Positions 18,287 to 28,024 of a stretch of DNA of 64,000 nucleotides are shown here, piece by piece; position 1 is the stretch's first letter; each line of letters opens with the position of its first letter. The DNA is from a virus. A program made the translations under genes and the position numbers. A model generated the notes under the pieces. The model had not been told where the DNA came from, did not search any database, and saw only the letters and a list, made by a program, of their open reading frames with translations. The DNA lies in IMG/VR virus record IMGVR_UViG_3300005532_000007, positions 1 through 64,000 of that record. One strand, given 5' to 3'.

Positions 18287-21167
18287 TCCGGAGGGCTTCA
18301 AGCTCGGTTCGGCGTGGATGGACGTCAAACCGAACATCGACCAGGCCGAGTGGGATGCCCGAGTCTCAGCGGCGCTGGCCGAGGCCGGCAGGGGCGCGAG
18401 CATCAGCGCCGGCTCCGGCGCCGGGTCCTCGCCGCTGAGCCGCAACCTCGTGCGCAGCCTGGAGGACGCGAAACCCGCGCTGGTCGCCGGCGCGGGCGAC
18501 GTCGGGACACAGGTCGGCGACCGGATCGCGTCGAGCACCGCCACGAGCGTGGAAGGACGGCTGCGCGACGAACACGGCCGGTTCGTGGCGGCGGGCCGCG
18601 ACAGCGGCGATCAGCTCGGCAAAGGGGTCGCCGACGGGATCCAGGACGCCGCGCCGATCGTCGAGGACGCCGGGGAGCGCCTGGGCCGCCAGCTGGCCGC
18701 GAAGTGGCGCGACCGGCTCGGCAAGGACACCGGGCAGCAGATCGGGCAGGGTATCGGCGCCGGGCTGGGCTCCGGGGTCGACGACGGGCTGACGCAGGAC
18801 ACCCCGAAGATCCGGGACCGGGCGAAGAAGACCGGGCAGGACGCGGGCGACGCGGCCGGCAAGGGCATGAGCCCGCTGATCGTCTCGGCGATCGCCGGGG
18901 CGGCGACGATCGGCGGCCCGCTGCTGGTGGCCGGGATCGGCGGCGCGATGGTCGGGGCGACCGCGCTGGTCCTGAAACAGAACAAGGTCATTTCCGCGGA
19001 CTTCGAGCAGGTCGGCAAGGACGCCGGCAACGCGATCCAGCTGGCGACCGCGCCGCTGACCGCGGACATGCACCAGGCGCTGGTCCAAGTCGACCACGAC
19101 GTCAACGCCCTGCAACCCGACTTGAAGAACCTGTTCGCGGCGGCCGAACCGGACATCTCCGCCGTCACCAGCGGGCTGACCGGGTTCGCGGGCACCGTGA
19201 TCCCCGGGGTGTCCAAGGCGGTCTCCTCCAGCCAGGTGATCGTCTCGGATTTCTCCCAGTCGCTTCCCGTGCTGGGCCAGGACATCGGCGGGTTCTTCAC
19301 CGGGCTCGTGCGCAACGCTGACCTGCAGGGCCAGGCGCTCGAGCAGACCATCGGGACGCTGGGGAACACGGTCCGCGTCGCCGGGTCCTTGATCGGATCG
19401 GCGTCTGCGGCCGCGTCGGCGGATCTGCTCGCGCTGACCCCGGTGATCAACGGGCTGGAGGGCGCGATCCAGGCGGTCGCGAACCCCGCGACGGTCGGCG
19501 GGGTGCTCGGCCTGTTCGGGGCGATGAAAGTCGACCCCGCGGTCAGCAAGGGCATCCAGAGCGTCAGCAACGGGCTGGTGACCGTGGCCGCCAAAGCCGA
19601 CGGCGCCGGCGGCCTCGTTGGCAAGGCGGGCGGTTTCGCGGAGAAGGCAGCGTCCGGGTTCGGGAAGATGGCCGACATCGTCGGCGGCCCGTGGGGCATC
19701 GCCATCGGCGCCGGCATCGGGCTGGTCTCCGGTCTGGCGGCGGCCCTGGGGCACGCGGACGACGCCACCAAGGCGATCACCGTGTCCGCGACCGACCTGC
19801 AAAGCGCGGTCGCCCAGGACGGCGCCACCGCGGGGCAGGCCACCAGCGCGTACGTGGCGGCGCAGGCGCAGCTATCCGGTCTGGCCGATGAGGCGAAGAA
19901 CGCCGGGGTGCCGCTCGACCTGCTCACGCAGGCCGCGATCGGTAACACCACGGCGATGGGGCAACTGGAGACCTCCACCCGGCACGCGAACGAGCAGTCC
20001 CGGCAGCAGCAGCAGGTCGCGGAGCAGAACCTGTCCGGGTACGCCAACCTGAACCAGGCGATGGCGACCGGCAACGACCGGCTGCAGAACTCCCTGGTGA
20101 TCACGAACTCGTTGACGACCTCCAACCGGCAGCTGCTCAACAGTGTCAAAGCGCAGGCGCAGCAGACCGCGGACGCGATCGAGAAGCAGGCGCAGCTGGA
20201 TCAGGCCACCAACGACCTGAACAACTCGACGAACATCTTCAACGCGACCCTGGACTCCGACTACCAGAAGCTCGTGGCCAAGGCGCAGGCCACCTCCGAG
20301 AGCGCGGTCGCGTCGCTGAACCTGGGTACGGGGCAGAGCGCGCTGAACCAGGCGCTGGCTGCCTCGATCGACCAGTACGACATGGCCGCCGGGGCCGGTC
20401 AGGGTTACGCGAGCGTGCTGCAGGCCCTCAACGACATGACGATGAACCTGGAGTCCTCCGAGGCGGCGTTCACGATCGCGTTGGACGGGGTGAGCAAGGC
20501 GGCGGCGGCGAACGGCCACAGCCTGGATATCAACAAGGTTTCCGGCGCGCAGAACATTCAGACGTTCACGCAGCTCGCGCAGTCGGCGGACAAGGCCGCG
20601 GCGGCGGTGTATCAGAACGAGGTCAACACCAAGGGCGCCAGTACAGCGTTCGCTGACGCGAACGCGAAACTCGCCTCGGAGAAGCAGGCGTTCATCGACG
20701 CCGCGGACAAAGCCGGGTTCAACGCGGGCAAAGTGAAGGAGCTGGCCGATCAGCTCTTCCACCTGCCGCAGGACGTGCAGGTCAACGTGGAGGCGAACAC
20801 CGCGCCGGCCCGGCAGGAACTCAACGGCCTCGTCCAGAAGATCAACGACTCGTACGGCACGGTGCAGATCTACGCCAGCGGCAGCGGCGCGCCGGGCGGC
20901 AAGGCGCTGGGGGCGAACGCAGGCGGCGGCCCGGTCACCGCAGGCACCCTGTCCACGATCAACGAGCACGGCGTCGAGACGGTGCTGTTCGGCCAGGACG
21001 CCTATGTGCTCACCCACGGGCAGACCACAGCGCTCCAAGGGCGCCCCGGCGGCATGAGCGGCACCAAACCGGCGGTCAACGCGACGTTCAACTACTACGG
21101 CACCCAGGGGCCGTCGAGCGAAACCAAGGCCCAGATGATGCGCGACCTCGCGATGGCGGTGGCCTGA
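18279..21167 (+). CDS. Tape measure protein
   Basis: ~960-aa Ala/Gly-rich helical protein, LGSAWMDV N-terminus, RLRDEHGRFV motif, follows the chaperones. Confidence 0.92.
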   Translation: MPDPEGFKLGSAWMDVKPNIDQAEWDARVSAALAEAGRGASISAGSGAGSSPLSRNLVRSLEDAKPALVAGAGDVGTQVGDRIASSTATSVEGRLRDEHGRFVAAGRDSGDQLGKGVADGIQDAAPIVEDAGERLGRQLAAKWRDRLGKDTGQQIGQGIGAGLGSGVDDGLTQDTPKIRDRAKKTGQDAGDAAGKGMSPLIVSAIAGAATIGGPLLVAGIGGAMVGATALVLKQNKVISADFEQVGKDAGNAIQLATAPLTADMHQALVQVDHDVNALQPDLKNLFAAAEPDISAVTSGLTGFAGTVIPGVSKAVSSSQVIVSDFSQSLPVLGQDIGGFFTGLVRNADLQGQALEQTIGTLGNTVRVAGSLIGSASAAASADLLALTPVINGLEGAIQAVANPATVGGVLGLFGAMKVDPAVSKGIQSVSNGLVTVAAKADGAGGLVGKAGGFAEKAASGFGKMADIVGGPWGIAIGAGIGLVSGLAAALGHADDATKAITVSATDLQSAVAQDGATAGQATSAYVAAQAQLSGLADEAKNAGVPLDLLTQAAIGNTTAMGQLETSTRHANEQSRQQQQVAEQNLSGYANLNQAMATGNDRLQNSLVITNSLTTSNRQLLNSVKAQAQQTADAIEKQAQLDQATNDLNNSTNIFNATLDSDYQKLVAKAQATSESAVASLNLGTGQSALNQALAASIDQYDMAAGAGQGYASVLQALNDMTMNLESSEAAFTIALDGVSKAAAANGHSLDINKVSGAQNIQTFTQLAQSADKAAAAVYQNEVNTKGASTAFADANAKLASEKQAFIDAADKAGFNAGKVKELADQLFHLPQDVQVNVEANTAPARQELNGLVQKINDSYGTVQIYASGSGAPGGKALGANAGGGPVTAGTLSTINEHGVETVLFGQDAYVLTHGQTTALQGRPGGMSGTKPAVNATFNYYGTQGPSSETKAQMMRDLAMAVA

Positions 21168-22408
21168 TGACCGTCTACCAGGCCGGGACCACGGCGAACC
21201 TGCAGTTCCAGTTCTTCAACGAGGACACTGGCGGCACCCTGACCGACGTGGCCGCGCTCCAGGTGGACATCACCTACGGCACCAGCACCCCCGTGCCGGG
21301 AGACTCCAGCCAGGACGTGGCCGGCGGCGGCCCGTTCACCTACCAGGGCGCCGGCACCGCGACACCGGGCCAGATCTGGCGCGTGTCCACCGGCGTGTAC
21401 CAGCTGGACTGGCCGATCCCGACGTCGATCGACTCCGGGGTGTACGTCGCGAACTGGGCCGCCACGTTCGGCAGCGATCTGATCCCGGCGCAGGAGAACT
21501 TCACCGTCACCGGGGCCTACGGCGCGGGGACGCCCGCGCCGGTGCCGGCTGACGCCGGACTGTGGCGCGACTCGATCACCGGCCCGGACGGCACCGTCCT
21601 GCAGTTCGGGGCGTTGGACGCCTCCGGGGTGGCGTGGATGCGCGAAACCCTCTCCGGGACCGGCGGCCCGGACACCAGCGGGCAGGTGGTGCAGCGCGCG
21701 AACGACCACGGCGGGTACGCCACCCCGCAGTTCTATGGCCCCCGCATGATCACCCTGACGTGCCGCGCCACCGCTCCGTCGCAGCTGCTGCGCGACGCAG
21801 CGCGCGCGAACCTGCAGCGCGCGGTCGCGATCGGCGGCGCGAGCGGCGAGATGAGCCTGCTGATCTACGACGAGCCGGTGCCGAAACAGCAACTGGTGCG
21901 CCGCAGCGGGCAGATCCAGGAGACCTACCCGACCCTGGCCACCGTCACCTTCAACATCCTGCTGGTCGCCCCCGACCCGCGCCGCTACGCCACCGTGCTG
22001 CAGTCCGCCACCGTGCAAGCTGCCGTCACCGTGCACGGGATCACCCCGCCGCTGACCCCGCCGATCACGATGCCCGCCAACGGGAAACCCGCGGTGATCG
22101 CCGCCACCAACGGCGGGAACTTCGAAACCCGCCCGGTCATCCAGGTCAACGGCCCGATCCAGAACCCCTCGCTCACGCTCGTGGACACCGGGCAGGTCGT
22201 CGCTTTCACCGGACTGCTGCTCGCCTCCGGGCAGCAGCTGCTCGTCGACTTCGACAAACGCCAAGCCACCCTCAATGGGGCGCTGGTGCCCGCGGACATC
22301 TCCTCCGCGTGGTGGGTGCTGGCGCCGGGCACCTCCACCATCCGGCTCGGCGGCATCGCCTCCTCCGGTTCCGGCATGACCGCCCAATGGCGCGACGCCT
22401 ACATCTGA
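21167..22408 (+). CDS. Distal tail protein (Dit-like) with extra N-terminal domain
   Basis: GPRMITL, LVAPDPRRY, NGGNFETRPVI.V.GP..NP, WWVLAPG, WRDAYI motifs. Confidence 0.85.
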   Translation: MTVYQAGTTANLQFQFFNEDTGGTLTDVAALQVDITYGTSTPVPGDSSQDVAGGGPFTYQGAGTATPGQIWRVSTGVYQLDWPIPTSIDSGVYVANWAATFGSDLIPAQENFTVTGAYGAGTPAPVPADAGLWRDSITGPDGTVLQFGALDASGVAWMRETLSGTGGPDTSGQVVQRANDHGGYATPQFYGPRMITLTCRATAPSQLLRDAARANLQRAVAIGGASGEMSLLIYDEPVPKQQLVRRSGQIQETYPTLATVTFNILLVAPDPRRYATVLQSATVQAAVTVHGITPPLTPPITMPANGKPAVIAATNGGNFETRPVIQVNGPIQNPSLTLVDTGQVVAFTGLLLASGQQLLVDFDKRQATLNGALVPADISSAWWVLAPGTSTIRLGGIASSGSGMTAQWRDAYI

Positions 22409-22424
22409 CAGGAAAGGACCACCC

Positions 22425-23495
22425 ATGGGCACCAGCGCCACGCTGCGCAACCCGCCGTGGCTCGACGGCATCACCTTCACCTCGCAGGACGCGCGCCTGG
22501 CGATCGTGGCCGCGCTGCTGGCGGCCGCCGGATCCTCCGGCACCACCGGGATCGCCGCGCGCGCCGGGGTGCGGCCCGGGGTCGGCTCGCCGCTGCTGGT
22601 GCAGGCCGCCTCCGGCATGAACATCACCGTCAACAACGGGTTCGCGTTCGTGCAGGGCTCCACCGCGCTGGACTCCGGGATCTACCCGGTGTGCCTGGAC
22701 GCGGCCACGACGTTGACGGTGAGCACCGCCGACCCGTCCAACCCCCGGATCGACAACGTGTGCCTCACGCTGGTGGACAACGGGGACGCCACCAGCACGT
22801 TCGTCGTGCAGATCCAGGCCGGCACCCCCGCCGCATCCCCGGCCGCGCCGACCCTGCCCGGCAACTCGCTGCTGCTGGCCACGATCCAGGTCAACGCCGG
22901 CGCGTCGTCGATCACCGCCGGGAACATCACCGACCAGCGGATCTTCACCACCGGGCACGGCGGGATCCTGTACTGCACCTCCTCCGCGCAGTACCCCGGC
23001 GCGGGCCCGGAGCAGCAATACCTGCACGACGGCACCACGCACCGGCTGCGGCGCCTCAACGGCACCGGCGGCACCGTGCCGCCGAACGTCGCGCCGTTCG
23101 CGACCGTCGCCACGCAGGTCACCAGCCCCGTCACGTGCACCTCGAACGTCACCAAGCAGCTGGTGGCGCAGGTCACGGTGACCGTGGACGGCACCAGCCC
23201 GGTGCAGGTGACCGCATCCTGGTCGCACATCGTGGCCAACACCGCCCCGGTCGGGGACTCGTGCGTGATGCAGCTGTGGCGTGACACCACGCAGATCAAA
23301 CAACTGACGACGGTGCGGGATCAAAGCACGCACACCACGATGGACGGTGCGACGCTCACCACGCAGGAAACCCCGGCGTCCGGGACGCACACCTACAGCC
23401 TCTATATGATCAACAGTTTCGCGGGTGACTCGTTCAGCATGTACGCGGCAGCGGGCGCCCCGATCGACCTGATCGTCGCCCCGGTGCCGCTGTGA
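22425..23495 (+). CDS. Minor tail protein
   Basis: ADPSNPRID, GTPAASPAAP, ITDQR motifs typical of actinophage baseplate proteins. Confidence 0.8.
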   Translation: MGTSATLRNPPWLDGITFTSQDARLAIVAALLAAAGSSGTTGIAARAGVRPGVGSPLLVQAASGMNITVNNGFAFVQGSTALDSGIYPVCLDAATTLTVSTADPSNPRIDNVCLTLVDNGDATSTFVVQIQAGTPAASPAAPTLPGNSLLLATIQVNAGASSITAGNITDQRIFTTGHGGILYCTSSAQYPGAGPEQQYLHDGTTHRLRRLNGTGGTVPPNVAPFATVATQVTSPVTCTSNVTKQLVAQVTVTVDGTSPVQVTASWSHIVANTAPVGDSCVMQLWRDTTQIKQLTTVRDQSTHTTMDGATLTTQETPASGTHTYSLYMINSFAGDSFSMYAAAGAPIDLIVAPVPL

Positions 23496-23502
23496 GCCCG
23501 CG

Positions 23503-24636
23503 GTGACCGACTACCGGTATGTCTCCACCGACCTGGTCACGGGCAGGCTGCTGGCCGATGAGATCCCGCTGCACGTGCAGGGCTTCGCGCGGCAGATCGG
23601 GCAGGAGATGCCGCTGACCGGGTACCTGGATTTGACCGCGGGCAACGCGAAATACCTCGCGGCGTTGGAGACGCGCCGCACGATGCTGTGGGTGCTGGAG
23701 GACAACTACCCGGTGTGGTGCGGGGTGATCTGGGACGAGCCCACCCAGTCGATCCTGGACGGCAGATACCAGATCGGCGCGAAAACCCTCGAGTCGCTGT
23801 TCGCCCGCCGCCGCATCCGCGACAACCTGACCTACACCAACCTTGACTACTGCGACGTGTGGCGGGCGCTGCTGCGCTACGCCACCGACCCGGTGCTCAA
23901 GGGCAAACAGGCCGCGGTCGCCGGGCTGTCGATGCAGGACACACAGATCGGTTCGCAGGTCACCACCTCGTACGCGGCCGGGGACCTGAAGGACGTGGCC
24001 GGCGCCCTGGCCGACCTGGAGACCGCCGGGAACTTCGAGGCGACGTTCGAACCGATGCTGGACGGCTCCGGGAACCTCGCCGTCCTCGCCCGGCTCGCCG
24101 CCACCCTGGGGCAGCCGTATCAGCAGACCAACGTGCAGCTGGTGTTCCCCGGCAACCTGACCGACTACGGGTGGCCGCGCATGGGTTCGCAGGGCGCGAA
24201 CATGGTGATCGCGACCGCGCCGACCTCCGGGATGGGTACCTGGACCTCCGGGTACAGCGCCGGGTACGGCGTGGATGAGGCGGACCTGGCCGCCGGGTAT
24301 CCGCTGCTGGAGACCGCGGTGCAGTACAACGGGGCGGCGATCACCAGCCAGGCGCAGATCGACGCCTACGCCGACGGGTACCTGGGCATCACCGGGCACT
24401 CCCCGACGGTGCCGCCGATCGTGATTGACACCTCCTCGCCGTCGGCGCCGGCGATCCGGGCCCTGGGGCTCGGGGACCGGGCGGCGCTGCTGGCGACCTC
24501 GCCGCGGCACCCGGCGCGCGCGGACGGCTCCCCCGGGCTGCAGGCGGTGGTGCGCGTGATCGGCTGGCAGGTGGTGCCTCCGGACGACGGCCAGGACGGG
24601 AAGATCACGTTGACGGCGGGGGATGTGGCGGCATGA
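23503..24636 (+). CDS. Minor tail / baseplate hub protein
   Basis: DLVTG, PVWCGVIW, AGYPLLE, LGLGD motifs; synteny. Confidence 0.75.
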   Translation: MTDYRYVSTDLVTGRLLADEIPLHVQGFARQIGQEMPLTGYLDLTAGNAKYLAALETRRTMLWVLEDNYPVWCGVIWDEPTQSILDGRYQIGAKTLESLFARRRIRDNLTYTNLDYCDVWRALLRYATDPVLKGKQAAVAGLSMQDTQIGSQVTTSYAAGDLKDVAGALADLETAGNFEATFEPMLDGSGNLAVLARLAATLGQPYQQTNVQLVFPGNLTDYGWPRMGSQGANMVIATAPTSGMGTWTSGYSAGYGVDEADLAAGYPLLETAVQYNGAAITSQAQIDAYADGYLGITGHSPTVPPIVIDTSSPSAPAIRALGLGDRAALLATSPRHPARADGSPGLQAVVRVIGWQVVPPDDGQDGKITLTAGDVAA

Positions 24637-25463
24637 CGCAGTATCCGACGCCGGTCGAGCAGGCGCTGCCGAAACTGATCCGCGACCTGAGGGCGCGGGT
24701 GACATCGCTTGAGCAGCGCACCAACGCGCTCGGTTCGGCGGCCGGCACCGGGGCGCTCTCCCTGCCCGCGGTCACGGTGACGGGGCCGAACGGGACGCTG
24801 ACGCTGGCGCAGAACCCGTCGCTGCCTTCCCCCGGCACCAGCAGCCCGGCGCTGATCCTGAGCGACGGGCAGGGGTCCAGCGCGTACGCGCCGCAGCTGT
24901 ACAGCCACGAGGTCACTGCGGGCAGTAATCAGCCGTTCGAGGAGCTGGTGGCGGCGGGCCCGCAGTCCTCGGCGGACACGCAACTGTCCGCGGCGAGCAT
25001 GGTGCTGGACGGCGGGGGGACGGGGGTGAACGCGGCGCGCGGCGCGCTCAAGTGGGCGCAGAACGTGGGCGCCGCGGCGCTGGCCGCTGTGGGGTGGGAT
25101 CAGTGGGGTGTCACCCTGGCGCAGCCCGCGTCCGGGTCGGCCGCCTCCGGTGGGGCGCAGGTGACCGGGTCGGCGGTGCAGAACGATGTCGCGCCGTCCG
25201 GTGGTTCCAGCGCGAAGTTCGTGCGCATGGGCGTGTTGTCCGGGACGACGGACGGATCGGGGAACCTGGCGGTCACCGGCCTGGCGCTGGGTTTCACCCC
25301 GTCCGGGGTGGTGGTGATGCGCAACGGCGGCACAGGGCCGGCCGCGGTGGCGTGCAAGTCGGCGTCGGGCCTGTCGTCGTCGGGGTTCTCAACCTATTGG
25401 GACAACGCCGGGGTGGCTTACGCATCCAGTGCGGTCGCGGGCTGGTTCATCGTGTTCGGCTGA
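24633..25463 (+). CDS. Minor tail protein / tail fibre
   Basis: N-terminal LRARVTSLEQR coiled coil, C-terminal LGFTP..GF..WFIVFG domain. Confidence 0.7.
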   Translation: MTQYPTPVEQALPKLIRDLRARVTSLEQRTNALGSAAGTGALSLPAVTVTGPNGTLTLAQNPSLPSPGTSSPALILSDGQGSSAYAPQLYSHEVTAGSNQPFEELVAAGPQSSADTQLSAASMVLDGGGTGVNAARGALKWAQNVGAAALAAVGWDQWGVTLAQPASGSAASGGAQVTGSAVQNDVAPSGGSSAKFVRMGVLSGTTDGSGNLAVTGLALGFTPSGVVVMRNGGTGPAAVACKSASGLSSSGFSTYWDNAGVAYASSAVAGWFIVFG

Positions 25464-25879
25464 GCGGGCGGCACGGTGATGGCTTCCTCGGTCGCGGCGC
25501 CGTGGTGGATGCGCCAGGCGCGCAGCACCGGCGCGGCTGGGTCTTTGAGCGACACGATCAGGTAGAGGGTCTGCGGGTCGGCGGCGTGCAGGATGTCCAC
25601 GGCGGAGGGCCGCGCTTCGGTGGCGGTGTGGGAGTGCACGATCGCGAGGGGGTCTTCGCCGCGCTGGTCCATGTCCTGGTAGGCGGCGAGCTGTTGGGCG
25701 GGGTCGAACTGGTAGAGGTAGGGGCGTGCGGGCTCGTGGGCGGCGTTGCGCATGGGGATGTACCGGGTGGGGGTGTGGCTGCCGGGTGGTCCGGCGAGGA
25801 TGCCGCAGGCTTCGTCGGGTTTCGCGGCGAGGGTGTGCGCGAGTATTTCGTGGCGCAGGGCCTGGGTGAGGGTCAGCAC
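25418..25879 (-). CDS. JAB/MPN+ (M67) metallopeptidase, Mec/CysO-cysteine-peptidase-like
   Basis: PDEACGILAG and intact JAMM motif HSHTATEARPSAVD; YLIVSL..LRAWRI; GTG start overlaps the upstream stop. Confidence 0.92.
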   Translation of the reverse strand: MLTLTQALRHEILAHTLAAKPDEACGILAGPPGSHTPTRYIPMRNAAHEPARPYLYQFDPAQQLAAYQDMDQRGEDPLAIVHSHTATEARPSAVDILHAADPQTLYLIVSLKDPAAPVLRAWRIHHGAATEEAITVPPAQPNTMNQPATALDA

Positions 25880-26112
25880 GGTGTTTCCGGGTCCGGGTAG
25901 ACGATGCGGGTCGCGCCGCCGTGTCCGTTGATCGCGATTAGGTCGTCGAGGCTGTCCCAGTGGACGGTGGATGGCCGGGCGCCTCGCCAGCGGACGGTGA
26001 TGGTGCCGTCGGGCCATTGCACGCCGTCGGCGACGTGCCCGGTGCCGGAGATCCCGCTCACGTCCACGTCCCGCTCGAGGCGGAACAACCGCGGCGCTGG
26101 TCCCCCGCTCAT
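25873..26112 (-). CDS. Conserved small actinophage protein
   Basis: RDVDVSGISGTG.VADGVQW.DG..RW..GHGG.T motif. Confidence 0.75.
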   Translation of the reverse strand: MSGGPAPRLFRLERDVDVSGISGTGHVADGVQWPDGTITVRWRGARPSTVHWDSLDDLIAINGHGGATRIVYPDPETPC

Positions 26113-26693
26113 CGGGCGGTCGCGTGTTCGTCAAGGAATCGGGCGATCACTCGGTTGTGTCGGGCGTCCTGCAGAGCGTTGTGGTGCCCGTCGATCTGCG
26201 GTGGCATGTCGTCATCGCTTAGTCCGAGGCGCGCGGCTTCCTGCTTGAGGTCGTTGGTCCACATCGGGATGCCGTCGGGCAGGTCGATCATCCGGCCGAA
26301 CAGCTGCGCTAGTACCACGTGGTCGTAGGCGCCGTACCAGGCCCACAGCTGCGGGCTCGGGTGGCTAAGGATGAATCTGCTCACGTCGTGGGCGATCTGC
26401 GCGCGGGTCGCCACCTCGTCGGCGCCCCAGTTGAACAGGCGCTTGACGTGTCGGTACGCGGATGCGCCTTCGCTCATGGACGCGAGGAGCATCATCCGGG
26501 CATCGCCGCGCACCTGGGGCAGCGACGGCCACACGTTGGCCATCAGCCAGTCGTTCTTGGCGAAGGCCTTGCGGTCGAACTCAGAGCTGACGGCGTAGTA
26601 CTCGGCACCGGTTTCGGCGACGATGCCGATCGAGACGAGGTCGATCGTCTTGCCGTCTTCGATGAACTCGCAGTCGTAGAAGAGCCTTGTCAT
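26109..26693 (-). CDS. 3'-5' exoribonuclease, RNase AS/DUF5051-like (DEDDh)
   Basis: FYDCEFIEDGKTIDLVSIG, LWAWYGAYDHV, HNALQDAR. Confidence 0.9.
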   Translation of the reverse strand: MTRLFYDCEFIEDGKTIDLVSIGIVAETGAEYYAVSSEFDRKAFAKNDWLMANVWPSLPQVRGDARMMLLASMSEGASAYRHVKRLFNWGADEVATRAQIAHDVSRFILSHPSPQLWAWYGAYDHVVLAQLFGRMIDLPDGIPMWTNDLKQEAARLGLSDDDMPPQIDGHHNALQDARHNRVIARFLDEHATAR

Positions 26694-26929
26694 TGTTCGC
26701 GCTCGATCCTGCTCGGGCCGATCCGCTGGAACGTGACGACCAGATCGCGATGCCGCCGCGGCTCCAGCGGGCCGCGCACCACGAGCTTCGTGCCGTCGTC
26801 CGCCACCGACTCCACAAACGCCACATGCGACTGGCCGTCACCGGCCTGCACGTGCATCAGATCCCCTAGCCGCGGCGGCACATGCCCGCACGCGGTCTGG
26901 ACTGGCCGGTCGATCACAAGAGTGTCCAT
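26690..26929 (-). CDS. Hypothetical protein
   Basis: Coupled ORF in the leftward block. Confidence 0.6.
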   Translation of the reverse strand: MDTLVIDRPVQTACGHVPPRLGDLMHVQAGDGQSHVAFVESVADDGTKLVVRGPLEPRRHRDLVVTFQRIGPSRIEREQ

Positions 26930-26933
26930 GCCG

Positions 26934-27134
26934 CTAGTCGCCGATCCGATCGTGGAGCACGTGCTTGCCGTCGCTGTCCTTGCCGACGCTGACCCAGGCG
27001 TCGCCGACGCCGAGCTCCAGGCGCATATTCGGGGAGATCCGCACTCCGGTCTTCGCCTCGACCTCGTCCAGCAGCTCCAGCGCTTGGGCGAGTTGCCGCA
27101 ACTCCTGCGGGCTCGCCACGATCGGCATGCTCAC
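26934..27134 (-). CDS. Hypothetical protein
   Basis: Coupled ORF (MPIVASPQELRQLA). Confidence 0.6.
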   Translation of the reverse strand: MSMPIVASPQELRQLAQALELLDEVEAKTGVRISPNMRLELGVGDAWVSVGKDSDGKHVLHDRIGD

Positions 27135-27454
27135 GGCTGCTCCGGTACGTGCGGCTGCTGCGGGTGCTCCAGCGCGTACGCGATCCGCGCGTCCTGGATC
27201 GCGTCCCAGTGCTGCGAGACCCACGCCCCGAACCCGGGATCCTCCAGGGACGGTGTGGCCTGCTGCGCGAGCGCCGCCAACCCCTCCAGCTCGCCGCGCA
27301 CCGACCCCAGATCCGCGTTCAACACCGCGACCGCCTGCTGAGACTCCGCCAGCGCGCTCTGCGCGAACGCCAAATCGTGCGTAACCTCCGCGAGCCTGCT
27401 GCGATACCACTCCACGACGTTCGCCGCGTTCGCCCGCACCTGCTGCCCGCTCAT
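27131..27454 (-). CDS. Coiled-coil hypothetical protein
   Basis: ATG overlaps the upstream stop; GGGAGG RBS. Confidence 0.65.
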   Translation of the reverse strand: MSGQQVRANAANVVEWYRSRLAEVTHDLAFAQSALAESQQAVAVLNADLGSVRGELEGLAALAQQATPSLEDPGFGAWVSQHWDAIQDARIAYALEHPQQPHVPEQP

Positions 27455-27945
27455 GCCCGGCCCCTCCCCTGCGTGCTGTTCATCGCCGCCATGGCCTGCG
27501 CCGCGGCCTGCCCCATCGCCGTGCGCCGCCGCGCATCCTGCGCGAGGCTCAGGATCGCCCGATTCCAGTCCCGGACGCGGTGCTGCGGGATCAGGATCCC
27601 GGTGACGCCGTCCACGATCAGGCCGCGCAGCGGCCACCGCGCGGTCGCGATGACGGGAACGCCGGCGCGCATGACCGCGGTGGCGCGTTTCGCCAGAGCC
27701 GCGCCGTCCACCGGGGGCCGGATCAACGGGGCGAGCATGATGTGGAAGTCGCGTGCGGCACCGGGCGGGCTGATGCGCCAGCGGCCTTCGAGCCGCCACA
27801 GCGGTTCGTCGGCGGCGCCGGGGTAGCCGATGGTGTGCACGCTGATCGCGGGTTCGGCGAGGGCGGCGCGCAGGATCTCGTCCTGGATGGAGGTCAGGTG
27901 CGGGGCGTCGGCGGGGGCGCCTTCCCAGCCGACGATCACGTCCAC
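27451..27945 (-). CDS. Glycosyltransferase family 4-like C-terminal domain only
   Basis: MRAGVPVIAT..IVDGVTGILI..RRRTAMGQAA; N-terminal domain and E-x7-E motif absent. Confidence 0.6.
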   Translation of the reverse strand: MDVIVGWEGAPADAPHLTSIQDEILRAALAEPAISVHTIGYPGAADEPLWRLEGRWRISPPGAARDFHIMLAPLIRPPVDGAALAKRATAVMRAGVPVIATARWPLRGLIVDGVTGILIPQHRVRDWNRAILSLAQDARRRTAMGQAAAQAMAAMNSTQGRGRA

Positions 27946-28024
27946 GCGTTGCCTTTCCGGTGGTCTCGGCCCGAGATGCTGAGTGATTGTAACCTTTCCG
28001 TGGGTTAAGCATCAGGAGGCCGTC

